From Trichoplax adhaerens (taxonomy: Eukaryota > Animalia > Placozoa): a stretch of 64,000 bases of DNA. Location of the stretch: the NCBI RefSeq assembly GCF_000150275.1, contig NW_002060945.1, positions 4,265,397 to 4,329,396 on the forward strand. The letters run 5' to 3'. The notes below the pieces were generated by a model, which saw nothing but the letters and a program-made list of their open reading frames with translations, made no database searches and had not been told where the DNA came from. Below, in pieces: positions 1 through 12,500 of the stretch; positions within the stretch are counted from its first letter, which is position 1; the number at the start of each line of letters is the position of its first letter. Made by a program: the position numbers and the translations under genes.

Positions 1-3000
1 TTTATGATATTCCAGTTCTTTTGCTTGAATATACCGTTCATCTGCAATCTTTTCACGTTGATATTGCCTCCTTAGTCGATTTTCCTATAGGTAGGGATAG
101 ACAGATATTTCCAGTTAATGTCATACATTTTAATGTTGTTACTTAGTTTACATACTTTAAATAGGATTTTTTAAAATGCTTAAAAGATAAATGAGTAACC
201 GGGAGTTTTAATCTTTCATCCATAATGTAAAAGGAAATCTGTGTTAACCTACCTCAATAGCCTGAACTCTTTGAACTTTTTCATTTTCCTGTTGTATTTG
301 CAATTGTTCTCTCTGATTTCGTTGCTGTTTTAAATATTCCAATCTTTTGGCTTCTTTTTCTTTCTTTTGTAATGTGCGCGAATCGTCCAAATCTCTTATT
401 TTATTGTAATTTTTTCGTCGGCGGTCTATCAGTCGATTTTTCATTTCTTCATAATATTTTTTACGTTGTTTATCGAATTGCTCAAAGCCGGCCATCTTCT
501 CTAATTTATGTTTTCTTCTGAGTTCATCCGCTGCTCGTTGTGTTTGCTCACGTTCAACTTCCTTCTGCACCTGTCGTTCATGCTGCAGCCTTTTAGTCTC
601 TACCTTTTGCGCTTCTTTTTTAAGATACCTTTGGTGCTTTAAGTTAGTTAATCCGTCTTCTAATGTAGGCGCTTCGTATTTTATACGCTGTTGTTGTATT
701 TCTTTTTGCTGATATTTCCACCAGTTTGGATAATCCGGATTTACCATTCGTATGTGATCCAAAAAATTACCTCTACTTTTAGGCTGTGGAATGTTAACTC
801 GAGGTTCCTTTAATAATTTGGGCTGATATCGTTCAGTAGGTCCCGTGCCAGAAGGTGCGGCATACCAAGACCTCCAAGGAGGACGTTGAGTCTTGGTCTT
901 GCTTTTCTGTTTTGTTTTGCAGTACGTTGACGTAGTACGTATAACTTCCTCATCATCATTCAGTCCTAATTCATCATACATTGTTTCCAATATATCAGGG
1001 TCAGAACTAATCAAATCATCTTCTTCTTCACTACTATAATAATTAGTTTCACGTCTTCCCGTAGGATCTAACGCATTTAGATAGCGCTCGATAGTCTGAA
1101 TTTGTTCGTCAATCCGAGAAGTCAGTTGATGATAAGGAAGATCTCGTGATGGAGGAGACAAATCTTGTGCATAGGAATTCATATTAAAATGATTTGTAGG
1201 AGTAGTTGATTGTGATCTACCGTAATACGTAGTGGATGTCATGTCAGGGAAACTTTGTGATCCTGGTGGAGGAAAAGGTCTTTTACTATAGATTTCATGA
1301 GAAGTGCTAGGTCTCATCAATTCATAAGTATCTTTATATAACGATTTATAGGTATTGCATGGAGCAAAGTCAGCGGGCCTTTGCATGGCAATATTTGAGT
1401 CCGTTGAATCCGCAATAATTTTATTCATTTCTCCACGTAAATGATTTGGAACCAATTGATCCATTGATAATTGTTCGTATAAAGCATTTGATATCCAAAC
1501 GGCTGAATTAGAATCAATAGTCTTTGTTAGACCACTCGAAAACACGACTATCATTGGTTCGATAGATTTGGACATTTTACCTAGGGATAGGAAATATTCA
1601 AAGTTCGATGAGTATTACTAGGAAATGAACTGTAGAACTATTTAAGATGTATGTTCATTTATAGTATGAATTTTTTCGTTAAATGATTTAAAAGAAACTT
1701 TAAGCACAGTATATAGTAGTATGCCTCACCAGTAAGAATTCTAGGATCGTTGCCCTCTAAGACAACAGCTGGAGCGTACTCGTACTTTCCGAGTTTTCTA
1801 GGTGCAAGAACTTTATCACCCAATTTGATGGGGTGCCGCCAAGCATCATTTAAAGCGATAATGTCATTTATATTAGTTTCCTGCTCGCTTTTTAATTTCT
1901 TCTTCTTGGGTAAGATTAAGTCAATCAAAAACTGTCCTTGGCTTACCTATTAGAAAGAACCAACATTCACAATATGTAAATGGCGTGATCACAAAATGTG
2001 CAGGAATTACATCGTAAGCTTCAATAGTCCATTTAACTTACCTGCTTCTTAACAGTTCCCAAGTAATAATGTCCATCTGCATATGAACGGCACAAAATTT
2101 TCTTGTTTAGTAAAATCGTTCCAGCTATCGTACTCAAATTTTCCGGTTGCAGACGAACAGAGGTTATTATGCCGTCGATGTTTGAATCTTCCCTAATGGT
2201 TTCTCTTGTTTTAGAACTGGAATTTGGCTGAGAAGCATTATTTGAATGCAATCCAGGAGTAACAGAGTCACTATTGACAGTGTATGAATTAGCAACCTCT
2301 TGTGATTGCAAAAGTGTTGAAATATTCGAGGACGGGACGTTTGAAGCTGTATTTGAGCTAATTAGCTGTGGAACACCATGTGAAGCCAAGTAAGCTTTAT
2401 CTTGATTAATATCACTACCTTGTTTTTCCATTTCCATAATCAACTTTGATCTTCGTAACTTTAGTGACGTTTTAACAGGTTTATTAGGCGAGACTGGTGC
2501 TTTTGGTTCTGTAATAAAATCATTGAATAGAAATTAGAAATTATACGTGTAGTTACGAATTAAAAACCGAAGGAATTCTTATCAATACATATAGGAATAT
2601 TTACCGATAATATGCATATTGGATGAACAGTATTTTTATCTCTTTTAATATGCCTAATGGTAGATTGATCTTCCCTTGACGCCTGTGCAGCATAGACAGT
2701 CTTAATAGATTTGATGTGGTTATCATCGCCAAATATTACAATACGAAAAGAGCCTTTGGTAGCACGAGATAATTTAGATAAAAATTCTGATGCTTTTTCC
2801 ATGTCGCTTTTCTTATTATGTGTTTTTGAAGGTAAGTAAAATGCGTGAATTGGTTTTTTATTTTTCATCTTTTTAACTGCTTCTATTACTTCATCTGAGC
2901 CTTGATTTGGTGATCCATCCGATACTAAATATACAGCTTGTGTACGATCATCTTCAAAGGCTGCTTTAACAGCTTCTAAAGTATTAGTAGTGGTCTTACA

Positions 3001-3303
3001 TGTTATAGCTGTTATCCACGCCTTGGCTACATCCCATGATTTCTGATTGCAGGGTATTAACCATTCAGCAAACTTGTTAATATCAGCGGAAAATTCGATA
3101 ATATTGAAGAGACAATCAGTTGAACTCAGGATTCGCAATGCTTCTATAAGATGCTCTTTGATAGAGTTGATGTAAGAATACATTGATCCTGATGTATCTA
3201 ATACGAAAACAACATTTTTTTCTTCGATAATGCCGAACATGGTGGGATGTTCCTTTTCATCGTCGCTTTTAACCGCAAGTGAGTTGATCATTTTGCTTAC
3301 CAT
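1..3303 (-). CDS. von Willebrand factor A domain + DUF4537 (Tudor-like) + C-terminal coiled-coil protein, VWA3B/C11orf16-related; 3' end lies outside the window
   Basis: Spliced exons ~3303-2568 (donor uncertain), 2508-2042, 1946-1730, 1580-253 and 84-1 (still open at the window edge); the last three junctions are GT-AG and phase-consistent. The vWA MIDAS is intact (FVLDTSGSM, TNT, YLVSDG). ILCRSYADGHYYLGTVKK and HPIKLGDKVLAP..YEYAPAVVLEG resemble DUF4537. The tail is K/E/Q/R-rich and helical. Confidence 0.8.
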
Positions 3304-3579
3304 AAATAAATCTATACCTCAAATTTGCATCAATTTCTTTATTAGCTTCTATGATAGTATTACAGTTGTATATGATCAGGCCTCAATCAGTATCAACTAT
3401 ATATATTCTTATAAGGTATGTATTAATTATGATCGTATTATTTCAACTATTTGTATACGTTTCCATAGCGACCTAGGCATGCGCATTGAATCTGGAATGC
3501 GGCTGTGTGAAGTCAGTAATACCAATACAGTATTTAGTACCAATGACCAAAGGAAGCCTCTGGTCAGAGTCTAGTGATC

Positions 3580-3985
3580 TATGCTGTACTCTGTACAGTG
3601 TACAGCAAAGTAATAAGTTGTAAGGACTACTAAATGCATATCTTGTAGTCCATACTGACTGTAAAGTAAAGCAATAAAGTTTGAAGTCTAATATCTGGTA
3701 GCCTATGGTAGTAGCACTGGTGAAGTAAAAAGTCGAAGAAGATTGTACAGCACAGTATACAGTATAGGAGTAAGGGACTTCCAGTCCCTGATACAAATGA
3801 AGTAGTACAGTACAGTACAGTACAGTAAAAAGACACCTCGATTTTACTACAGTACAGTACAGTAAACTGTACTGCACTGTACACTGTACACTGTACAGTC
3901 GGTACAGTACACCAACAGTATTGCAGGCCCGGTTCGGCTCGACCCGGCCCGGTTTGGCTGAACGATACTGTACTGTACTGTGGGC
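3580..3985. repeat. 5-bp-periodic low-complexity tract (CAGTA/TACTG arrays plus GGCCC/GGTTC-type pentamers) between divergent genes
   Basis: (CAGTA)n runs at ~3805-3865, TACTG/CACTGTA runs at ~3866-3897 and 3966-3980, and GGCCC-GGTTC-GGCTC-GACCC-GGCCC-GGTTT-GGCTG at 3926-3960. Confidence 0.8.
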
Positions 3986-4188
3986 TGCACTGTGTGTAAA
4001 CAGCGCAACTGCGGATTTGCATCAATTAACAAGATCGATTCTAGATGCATGTAAGTTTACAACTTTTTCCATCGCTAGCTAAAGCTTTGCTCGCGTACTA
4101 ATCAATGCTCTTCTAAACGATTAGATAAGAGATAGCTGATAGTTTAAACCTCTAGCTAAGATGATTATCCTCTTATTAAGGTAGAGAT

Positions 4189-7089
4189 ATGGTCAAATTT
4201 TTAGTTATTGGTGGAGGAATTGCTGGTGTAACTTGTGCAGAACAGCTATCAGCTTTACGTAGCGATTGCCAAATTTCTCTCATTTCCTCATCACCACTTA
4301 TTAAAGCAGTAACAAACTTTCAACAGGTATAACAGTAATATAACTTGCCTTTGACCGCATTCTGTCTCTGCATACAATAGATGAATTATATCTCTAGTTT
4401 ATCAAGGAATATCTGATAATACCACCATGGTAACCATCATGATAACTAACATCTACGATCTTGTTTCTGCAATGTATAGTACGCTCGATCTCTCGAAAAA
4501 TTCACAGTAGAAGAACGACCTTTATCAACTTTGAATAATCAATACTCAAATATTGCCGTATTCCACAAGACAGCCAAGAACTTGGATTCATCGAAACATG
4601 TTAGTGAACAAGGAAACTAGCGTAAACATGCTTTCCTGCGCTTCATAATCGTGAAGAGAGTAGAATAGAGATTCCAATATGTGCACCTCAGACTGCACAT
4701 ATCATCAGTAAAATAAAATCGCTCATCAAAATATCTTCTGATTGAATATATTTTCATAATTTATCCTGGATACATTTTATAACAGACTCTTACTACAGAA
4801 GATGGTGAAATCTTTCAATACGATAAGTTGTGCATTTGTTCTGGTGCATCCCCAAAGATTATTGACTCTAAAAGTGATAGGGTGATTGGTATCAGGGATA
4901 CTGAAAGTGTAACACACTTTCAGAATTTGTTAGCTAATTCTAAGCGCGTTATGATTGTCGGCAACGGTGGAATTGCTACCGAGCTCGTGTAAGCATGTAT
5001 GATGGCGTTTATGTGTTATGAAATATATCGGACACTAAATTTTTATTCTTATCTTTGCTATTTTACTTTATATGATTTTGGACAATACTAATCCTCATGT
5101 ATGTATATTTCTTTGTCATTGTTAATCCACAGACATGAAATTACCAATTGCCGAATTATTTGGACTATCAAAGATGACTCTATTAGCTCTACATTTTTCG
5201 ACGTTGGCGCTGGTCAGTTTCTACTGCCCAAACTATTTACCCCTGGTGATGAAGAACCAGACAATACTTTGAGCAAAAGGATGAAATTTACACTTGACGG
5301 TACTAACAATCAATTGATATTTCATCCATACTCATAATCGGTATAAGAGCTATCTAACTGTATTATAATTATTGTCATATTCGCAGACGATACCTCTGAT
5401 AGTGATCTAGCTAAGAATAATTTCGGAAGCGCTTTAGGACCTGACTGGAGCAGAAATCTGAAAATCTCTGGTGGATTATCGGAATCACAAGTACGTAGGG
5501 TATAGTGATTGTTTCGTAAATTCTCGTGAACTGATATGCACAGCATATTTTATCATATAAACTCACATAATCAAACTTATTTGATTGGCACACTTGCGCC
5601 CTCTTAGCCAAAAGTCGGCAACCAAGTACAAGTTGAGTACAATTGTGAGGTGGCTAGCATTCTTAGTTATTCTGAATATAGAAATCTTCTCAGTCTTGAC
5701 AGTAATAACACTGACGAAAAAGTTTCTTCTTCAAGTTCAAACGGTAAGCTAATTAACTAATTAGGTGTAGCACAGTGCTGCCATGTTATTATCGCAAGTT
5801 TGTAATGATTCCCTGGCTTTACACAAATCTATTTTACACTAACTATTTATAACTTTATCCTATAGAAGTATGGCCGATTTATGTAAAGCTTACTAATGGT
5901 AAGTTATATGGATGTGATTTCGTTATTTCTGCCACTGGTGTAACACCAAATATAGACTTGGTGAAAAATGATCCAACCGTATGTTAAACACCGAAACAGT
6001 AATGAGTTGATGATAGCATGAGATTAATTAACAAATTAATAATTTATTATAATTAGTCTCTCATGGGTTTCCTTCGCTAGTATTTCTGAACTCTTATGTC
6101 TATAATTCAGTTTCAAATAGGAAAAGATGGAGGAATTGTTGTCGATGATCACATGAAAACTAGGGTAGCTAACATTTATGCAGCTGGTGATGTATGCTGT
6201 GCAGGTTGGGATCACGCGCCACATTGGTTCCAGGTTAATCAGTGTGTTCAATTGTAATTGAGGCAAAGGATGATCTTAATGTTACTTATTACGGATATAC
6301 CTATAATTGACACTATTAATAGATGAGGTTATGGACTCAAGCTCGTCAAATGGGCAGTTATGCTGCGAAATGTATGGTTGCTGATACTGGTTAGATATGC
6401 GTGGTATTGTCGGTTATATCTACTTTCCACTATTGTAACTTTCCAATGATTTTGTTAGAAAATGATTCTATATCTATGGACTTTTGCTTTGAATTGTTTG
6501 CCCACGTTACGAAATTCTTCGATTATAAGGTAAAGTTACAAATCAATTGGTAAGAAAATTCTAGACTTTATTTTACGGCCAGGTCTACTTGGAAATTAAA
6601 TATATCTGGTCACATATCTCTATTAGGTAGTCTTACTAGGCCAGTACAATGCGCAAAAATTGGGTAAAGACTACGAAATATTACTTCGATGCACCAAAGG
6701 TTACAAATTGTTTCTAGTAAAACATTAAACTTTCTTAAGCTTAGCTGCGTTTAAACCATAGTTCGTAACTGCTACCCTCTATCGAACCAGATATGGAATT
6801 TATCAAAGTTATTCTACATAAAGGACGAATGTATGGAGCAATAATTATTGGAGAGACTGATCTGGAAGTAAGATTCTATATTTTTGCTATAACTATATTG
6901 CAGAGAAACATGGACGTTTCATGTACGCTTTCCATGATATATTTAAAGCCTTGTGCTTGGTGTTGTTATCTAACTATGAACATTTTGTAGGAGACCTTTG
7001 AAAACCTTATTCTAAATCAGATGGATTTATCTCGCTTCGGAGAATCATTGTTGGATCCATCAATAGATATCGAAGACTACTTTGATTAA
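4189..7089 (+). CDS. PYROXD1: Pyridine nucleotide-disulfide oxidoreductase domain-containing protein 1 (multi-exon)
   Basis: ATG 4189 gives [20 protein letters not shown]...[11 protein letters not shown]. Later exons encode [95 protein letters not shown] and [18 protein letters not shown]...IDIEDYFD, with TAA at 7087-7089. These match the PYROXD1 family; introns are short GT-AG. Confidence 0.96.
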
Positions 7090-8887
7090 TCATTAATGTT
7101 ACATTTGGAGTTCCTACTATGCTACGTGGAATTTAACAACTTGATTACTATCATACGCATATTCGACATTATTAATATTTAATGTTCATTAACTGGCTAC
7201 CATTAATTTAATAAGCTAGTAACTTTGATTTGTATGCAGGGCGTGGTTAGATACTATGTCAAATCAATTACGACATTGGTTTTGATGTTGGTGCTCAAAT
7301 CTTAAAGCTCTTTGTTTCAGGAAATATTGAAATTGATAGCAATGAAGTTAATATATACAGCATATATATATTCAGTCTGACATACGTATTTGTATTGTAG
7401 TAACTTATTGCCAATCAAATAACTCGCTTCAAAACGCTAATGGATCTATAGGTTTAGAAGTCTAACAGATTACTTTATTGTACTTTAACCAACGATTAGT
7501 ACAACATTTTACTCTAGAGTAATAGGTCTTTTTGGTCTTTTATCTCAAAGAGTACACTGTATAAATTTTGGAAAATAATACAATTTTATATTTTACCACT
7601 AAGCATAAAACTTCTCTCAATTAAGTGGGAAATGAGCTAGTTTGTAGTGTAGATATTTTCATCCTTCAGCAGATGCATTATTTTTACGCGAATGTTGAAG
7701 AAATATCATCTGTATTTTTATACATTAAATTTCACTGAGTAACGAAACTGTGAATTGTGCTTCTAAACCTGATATTATTGTTTAAAAGCAGCTATGTTTA
7801 CGCTGCATCTGTACGGAAAATAAATACTAAGATACGACCAATAGTGAAAATTTCAAATTACTATAGAATTAATTAATGAGAGACTCGATTTATTCTCTTG
7901 TAAAATTACGGTTCTTACCGATAGGTAGCCAGTTATATTTAAGCTTATAACAGAACTGCATCTAAAAAGGCGTACAAGTTTGTAGTAAAATACTCGCGTT
8001 TATCCATGTAATACCGCAGTATTAATACTGTTTAAGAAGTAATTCTTGATTAGCAAGTATTATAGTAATAGCCAAAAATTTTATTCTCATAAACTTATGC
8101 GTTGCACAAAATGCAACGCAGACGACTGTATCTTCGAATATCCCTATCATAATTCAGTTGATGAATACGTAAATCTTCAAAGAGTAACCAATTTGTATCA
8201 CTACTATAAAGTTATTTGCGTAAAATATTACATATCAAATTGCCTGTCAATCATAAATTTACATTAAAAGTGACGGAAGACGTTGCTAATTTGTAAAATT
8301 TATCAATAGAATATTGATACCCATTTTCATAATTGATTATTAAGTCAATAGTAGTACGTACATCATGATAGCAATTAAAGAGGAATAATGTAAGTTCACA
8401 TTAAATTTCAGATTTTGAGGAACGCACTATTCAAATCGGAATAGACAAGCACTTTTAGTGGATGCTATTCAGTCAAAATTTAGTAAAATAAATGTTGGAT
8501 TTCTTTGTTAAATAAAAAAAGTGAAACATAGATTATACTAGAGCTTAAGGTACAAGATTGTAAAATGAACTATTGACTAGATACCACGGAATCTGTAAAG
8601 TGTAATACGAATGGCGAAGATTAAGTAAACAACGGGAGAATGCATTTTTCAGATATGCTACGTATGTAGTAAACTAGATATAATGACCAGTATAACGTTC
8701 TAAAGTATAATCATGGCATACATAAATTATCTAGATTATAATTTGTACTGGCCACCTTGACATCCAGCAGAGACAAATTCTAAATTAAGTCTAGAAGTCC
8801 ATTTTGTTTTCATACATACAATAGTCATCTCAAGTATATAATCTATTTATAAAGTTAGAATGAAGAAGAGATGAGTTTAAAATAACG

Positions 8888-9511
8888 CTATTCATTATCG
8901 CCATTTTCTAAATCTTGTTCTTGTAATATACCATTTGCGAACAACGGCGATGATGGTTGATTACTATTTGACAATCTTCTAGCTTTACGTGGGCTACGCG
9001 GACTACGTGAAAAACTTTTAGATCGTTCAATGTATCCTTGTAAATCACTTTCTAATTGCAGTATTTCTTCCATCATATCATTGGTAAAAATGCGACTAAT
9101 AGTTTCAGTTCGCTTAATTGGTTCTATAGATATATCGCGCTGGTCTTGAGTATCGACGTCATTTAATTCTTTATCAGTAGCACCATTAACATCACTATTC
9201 TCTTCTTCATCGTATACACCAATTATTTCATTTAATTTCCTTAAATAATGCTGTCGAACGCAATTTTCGATTCGGTCTCTTAAACTAACCGCCTGTTCCA
9301 CAATTTCATCAACTCTTTTATCATCCAGTAAAAAGATATTATTGGGATCGATGAATTCAGTAGATAAATTAAAATGATGATCATTTATAGTATCTTTTTC
9401 ACAGGCACCATTAAGTTTAGTTTCAGCTACATCACCATTTCTCGTATCGCTCCTAGGACAATCACAAAGTATCATAGAATCGTTAGAGTTAGTCTTATCA
9501 TCAACTTCCAT
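8888..9511 (-). CDS. Hypothetical acidic protein, 207 aa, with two predicted amphipathic/coiled-coil helices and a basic SP-rich tail
   Basis: A 624-nt ATG-initiated ORF in AT-rich DNA, too long to be likely by chance, with protein-like composition. No domain recognised and no signal peptide. Confidence 0.6.
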   Translation of the reverse strand: MEVDDKTNSNDSMILCDCPRSDTRNGDVAETKLNGACEKDTINDHHFNLSTEFIDPNNIFLLDDKRVDEIVEQAVSLRDRIENCVRQHYLRKLNEIIGVYDEEENSDVNGATDKELNDVDTQDQRDISIEPIKRTETISRIFTNDMMEEILQLESDLQGYIERSKSFSRSPRSPRKARRLSNSNQPSSPLFANGILQEQDLENGDNE

Positions 9512-12500
9512 GACGATCCAAATCTCTGGTAATAGTCTTCTTCTCTTGTTCTTGAAATTTGAATGTTTAATCTATTTGGAAAGTACATCAGATGCACTCC
9601 AGACGTTGTAACATTCAATTTATTTGTGTAATCGCTACATGATAAAAGACTTGACAAGACGACATAACTAACTTATTTACTCTTCTACTTTTTAAAGTAC
9701 ACACTTTAGCTAATAGAATAACGTGCAATGTTAAAGTAAAAGTAGTTATATTATATACTTTCTTGCGGTTAATTAGATCGCTTTTACGTGAGAAAATTAT
9801 GTTAATATTGAATATTGAGCTTGAATCTGTCTTAACTTAGCAGTAAACCGTTAGCATCTAATCTCTATTCCATTTTAACTTAATATCACTGCATCAAGAT
9901 TAAGTCTATAATAAGTAACTACGTTTTTCTATTGCCTTCTATCATCTCGATAGCTTTTCATTGTTAGCTATACTATCATGGAGTCAACGGTAAACTGTAG
10001 CAAACAATTAACGCATGGTATATGACGACTTGTGTGCTTTGCATAGTATTTGTATCGATTGAAAAATTGAATAATATCATTAGTATTATTCTATGACTGA
10101 TTATAATATCAGTATTAGTGTTGACCAGTACTAGCATAGATCCACTAATTGTCTAGTAAAGAGGGCGCTATTAAATCCATCGTGTCGGAAACATCGATGT
10201 TGGCTGATATATTTCTTACTGACTAGATCGATAAACGCTATATATAAATAAGATCAATAGCATTCATTGCAATAGTACTTGAACTACCGTTTGTTAGTCC
10301 TGTCTTGATAGAAAAGTTTTTCTATAACTTTTGTCCTTGAGGGCGTGTACCTTCAATCACTTGAAGAATAGTAATCATAAAGTCAAGCATTCAAAAATAC
10401 AATAGCAATTTTTTAAATATATAATACGAGTTTAAAATAATTAATCAAAATTTTAAGAAACAGCAATTATACAGTACAACATATTGATTTTACTTGATGT
10501 ATATTGTGACACGATAACGCGGAAGAATATCAAATCAACACAGTAATCGAATTGTAATTTTCTCATTATCGATAGGGAATTGATACTACATATTTTAGCT
10601 GTTAAAGTTTCTGTCCTACTAATATAAATTCTAAGAAAATAAGCAAATAACTCATCTCAACCATGCCATTTTTCTATTTTCGTTTAACATTGATTTTGTT
10701 TACTTTTATTTATTAATGATACGTTTTCAATTTCTCATTACTGCTAATGTAGACGCTTACTAATTGGATAAGTATAATTTCTACTTAAGGTGATATAGAA
10801 GATGCCTCTCTATTAGCAGTAATTCATAAATTATTAGCCAGGACAATATTTTATATCGTAATGATTCATTTTACTTCTGGAGTATGCACGCATACAAAAG
10901 AGCCTCGAGTATAATCAATGTAATAAAACGCCTATTTTAAAATGTCCGAAATAAACGCTATAAATGTATAATCGTAATATAGAGCATAATTAATGTTTCA
11001 AGATACTAGTGTAGTTGAGTGTAGGAAGTAGTCTAACTGTAAAGTAGAACGCACGTGGAAATGTAATGTAAAGCTGATTGTAGTTTATAAGTTACAACCA
11101 AACTATTTCAAGCGTATCTAGAGCAAACTAGTGTATGAAATTTTACAGATGCTCATGACGACATGGAAAGTAATTACTTCTTATTTGTTGGTTTTACTAG
11201 TAATAGTGTACGTTCGAACTAGGCTACCGAAAATTTAATATATTGCTATGGCCAGTATACGGATACTGGATTGCAAATTACTCATATGATTAACTAGATA
11301 TCATACTAAAATGATAAACTGTTTAGTTTATAGACATATTTTTCCCGTATCGATTAAAAACAGTGATGAATATTAATAACTGAATAATTGATATGCTCAT
11401 ATGAATATTTATGAATCTGTATTTACATATCACACTAGAATACATTTAAATTCTAAGTTGATATTTATCAACTAATCATCGCTGATAGCGGCAATTACCT
11501 TTTGTACATCAGAAAATAACAATTTTACTATTTTAGTGTTGAATAATAATGATTAAAAAGTATAGCAAGGGTACAGATATCATCTGTATCAACTATCAAT
11601 ATAGCATATTAATATTACTGGTTATTCGTTCGATATTAATAGCAAAATATTGTTATACACTAATATAAATAACCTTCATTTAAAGAAGAAAGAGTCAAAT
11701 AACTCATCCATGACATGCTAAACATTTCATTCACTGCTTCTCATTTCATAATACTGCATATATGACTGTTAATAAAGTAACCAGCTATGAGATTCTGTAT
11801 AGTATTCGTATAAATGTATAATTCATCCTCCAAGAATCGGATTGTAGGCTATGTCGGGTAGCCAACCTTCATAAAAGTGGATAAATTAACCATAGCTAAG
11901 TTAATCATACACCCTATATAAACATCAGAAGTGAAAATATTGTCAGCTATTCAGTATTGTAACCTAACTTTACTATGACTTTCTATCACTATTTTGATAA
12001 TCAGCGACGTATAGCGAATAGTCCATTTACAAATATGTAGATCGCTTTTATACTGGGGCAGCTGTAATAGTATGATATGTTTACGGTAATGTTTTTCCTT
12101 GAAGTATGATGCTTAATAAATAAATATATATGATCACTAAAATCTAAATACATATTTGTTAATTATAGATACAAAAAATAATGTTAATAATTCTTATGAG
12201 AGTAAAAAGAATTTGTTACATACTTGCATCACTTCAGTATTCGTATACACATGCACGTAAATAATATTGTACTACTGCGATTAGGCAATATTATATCTCG
12301 CTTTTTATTGAAGTTTAATGATTTTAATTGATCTTGTACAATTTGTTTACTACCTCAATATACACTATCTTGCTTTCTAGTCATTTTACTGAATCTTATG
12401 TTTCAGAGTCCTAGATGGCGGAATGTTATAGTTCTAAGAATTTAATATACAGATAATTTATGCATTTCATATATTACATAGATTTTAAGCTTGGTGTCAA

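Noticed and set aside
3230-4050. Overlapping ORFs 3230-3574, 3473-3877, 3630-4025 and 3847-4050
   Set aside because: The three minus-strand ORFs are by-products of the CAGTA/TACTG repeat, with repetitive YCTV/VQYS translations. ORF 3230-3574 is an antisense/promoter overlap with no domain.
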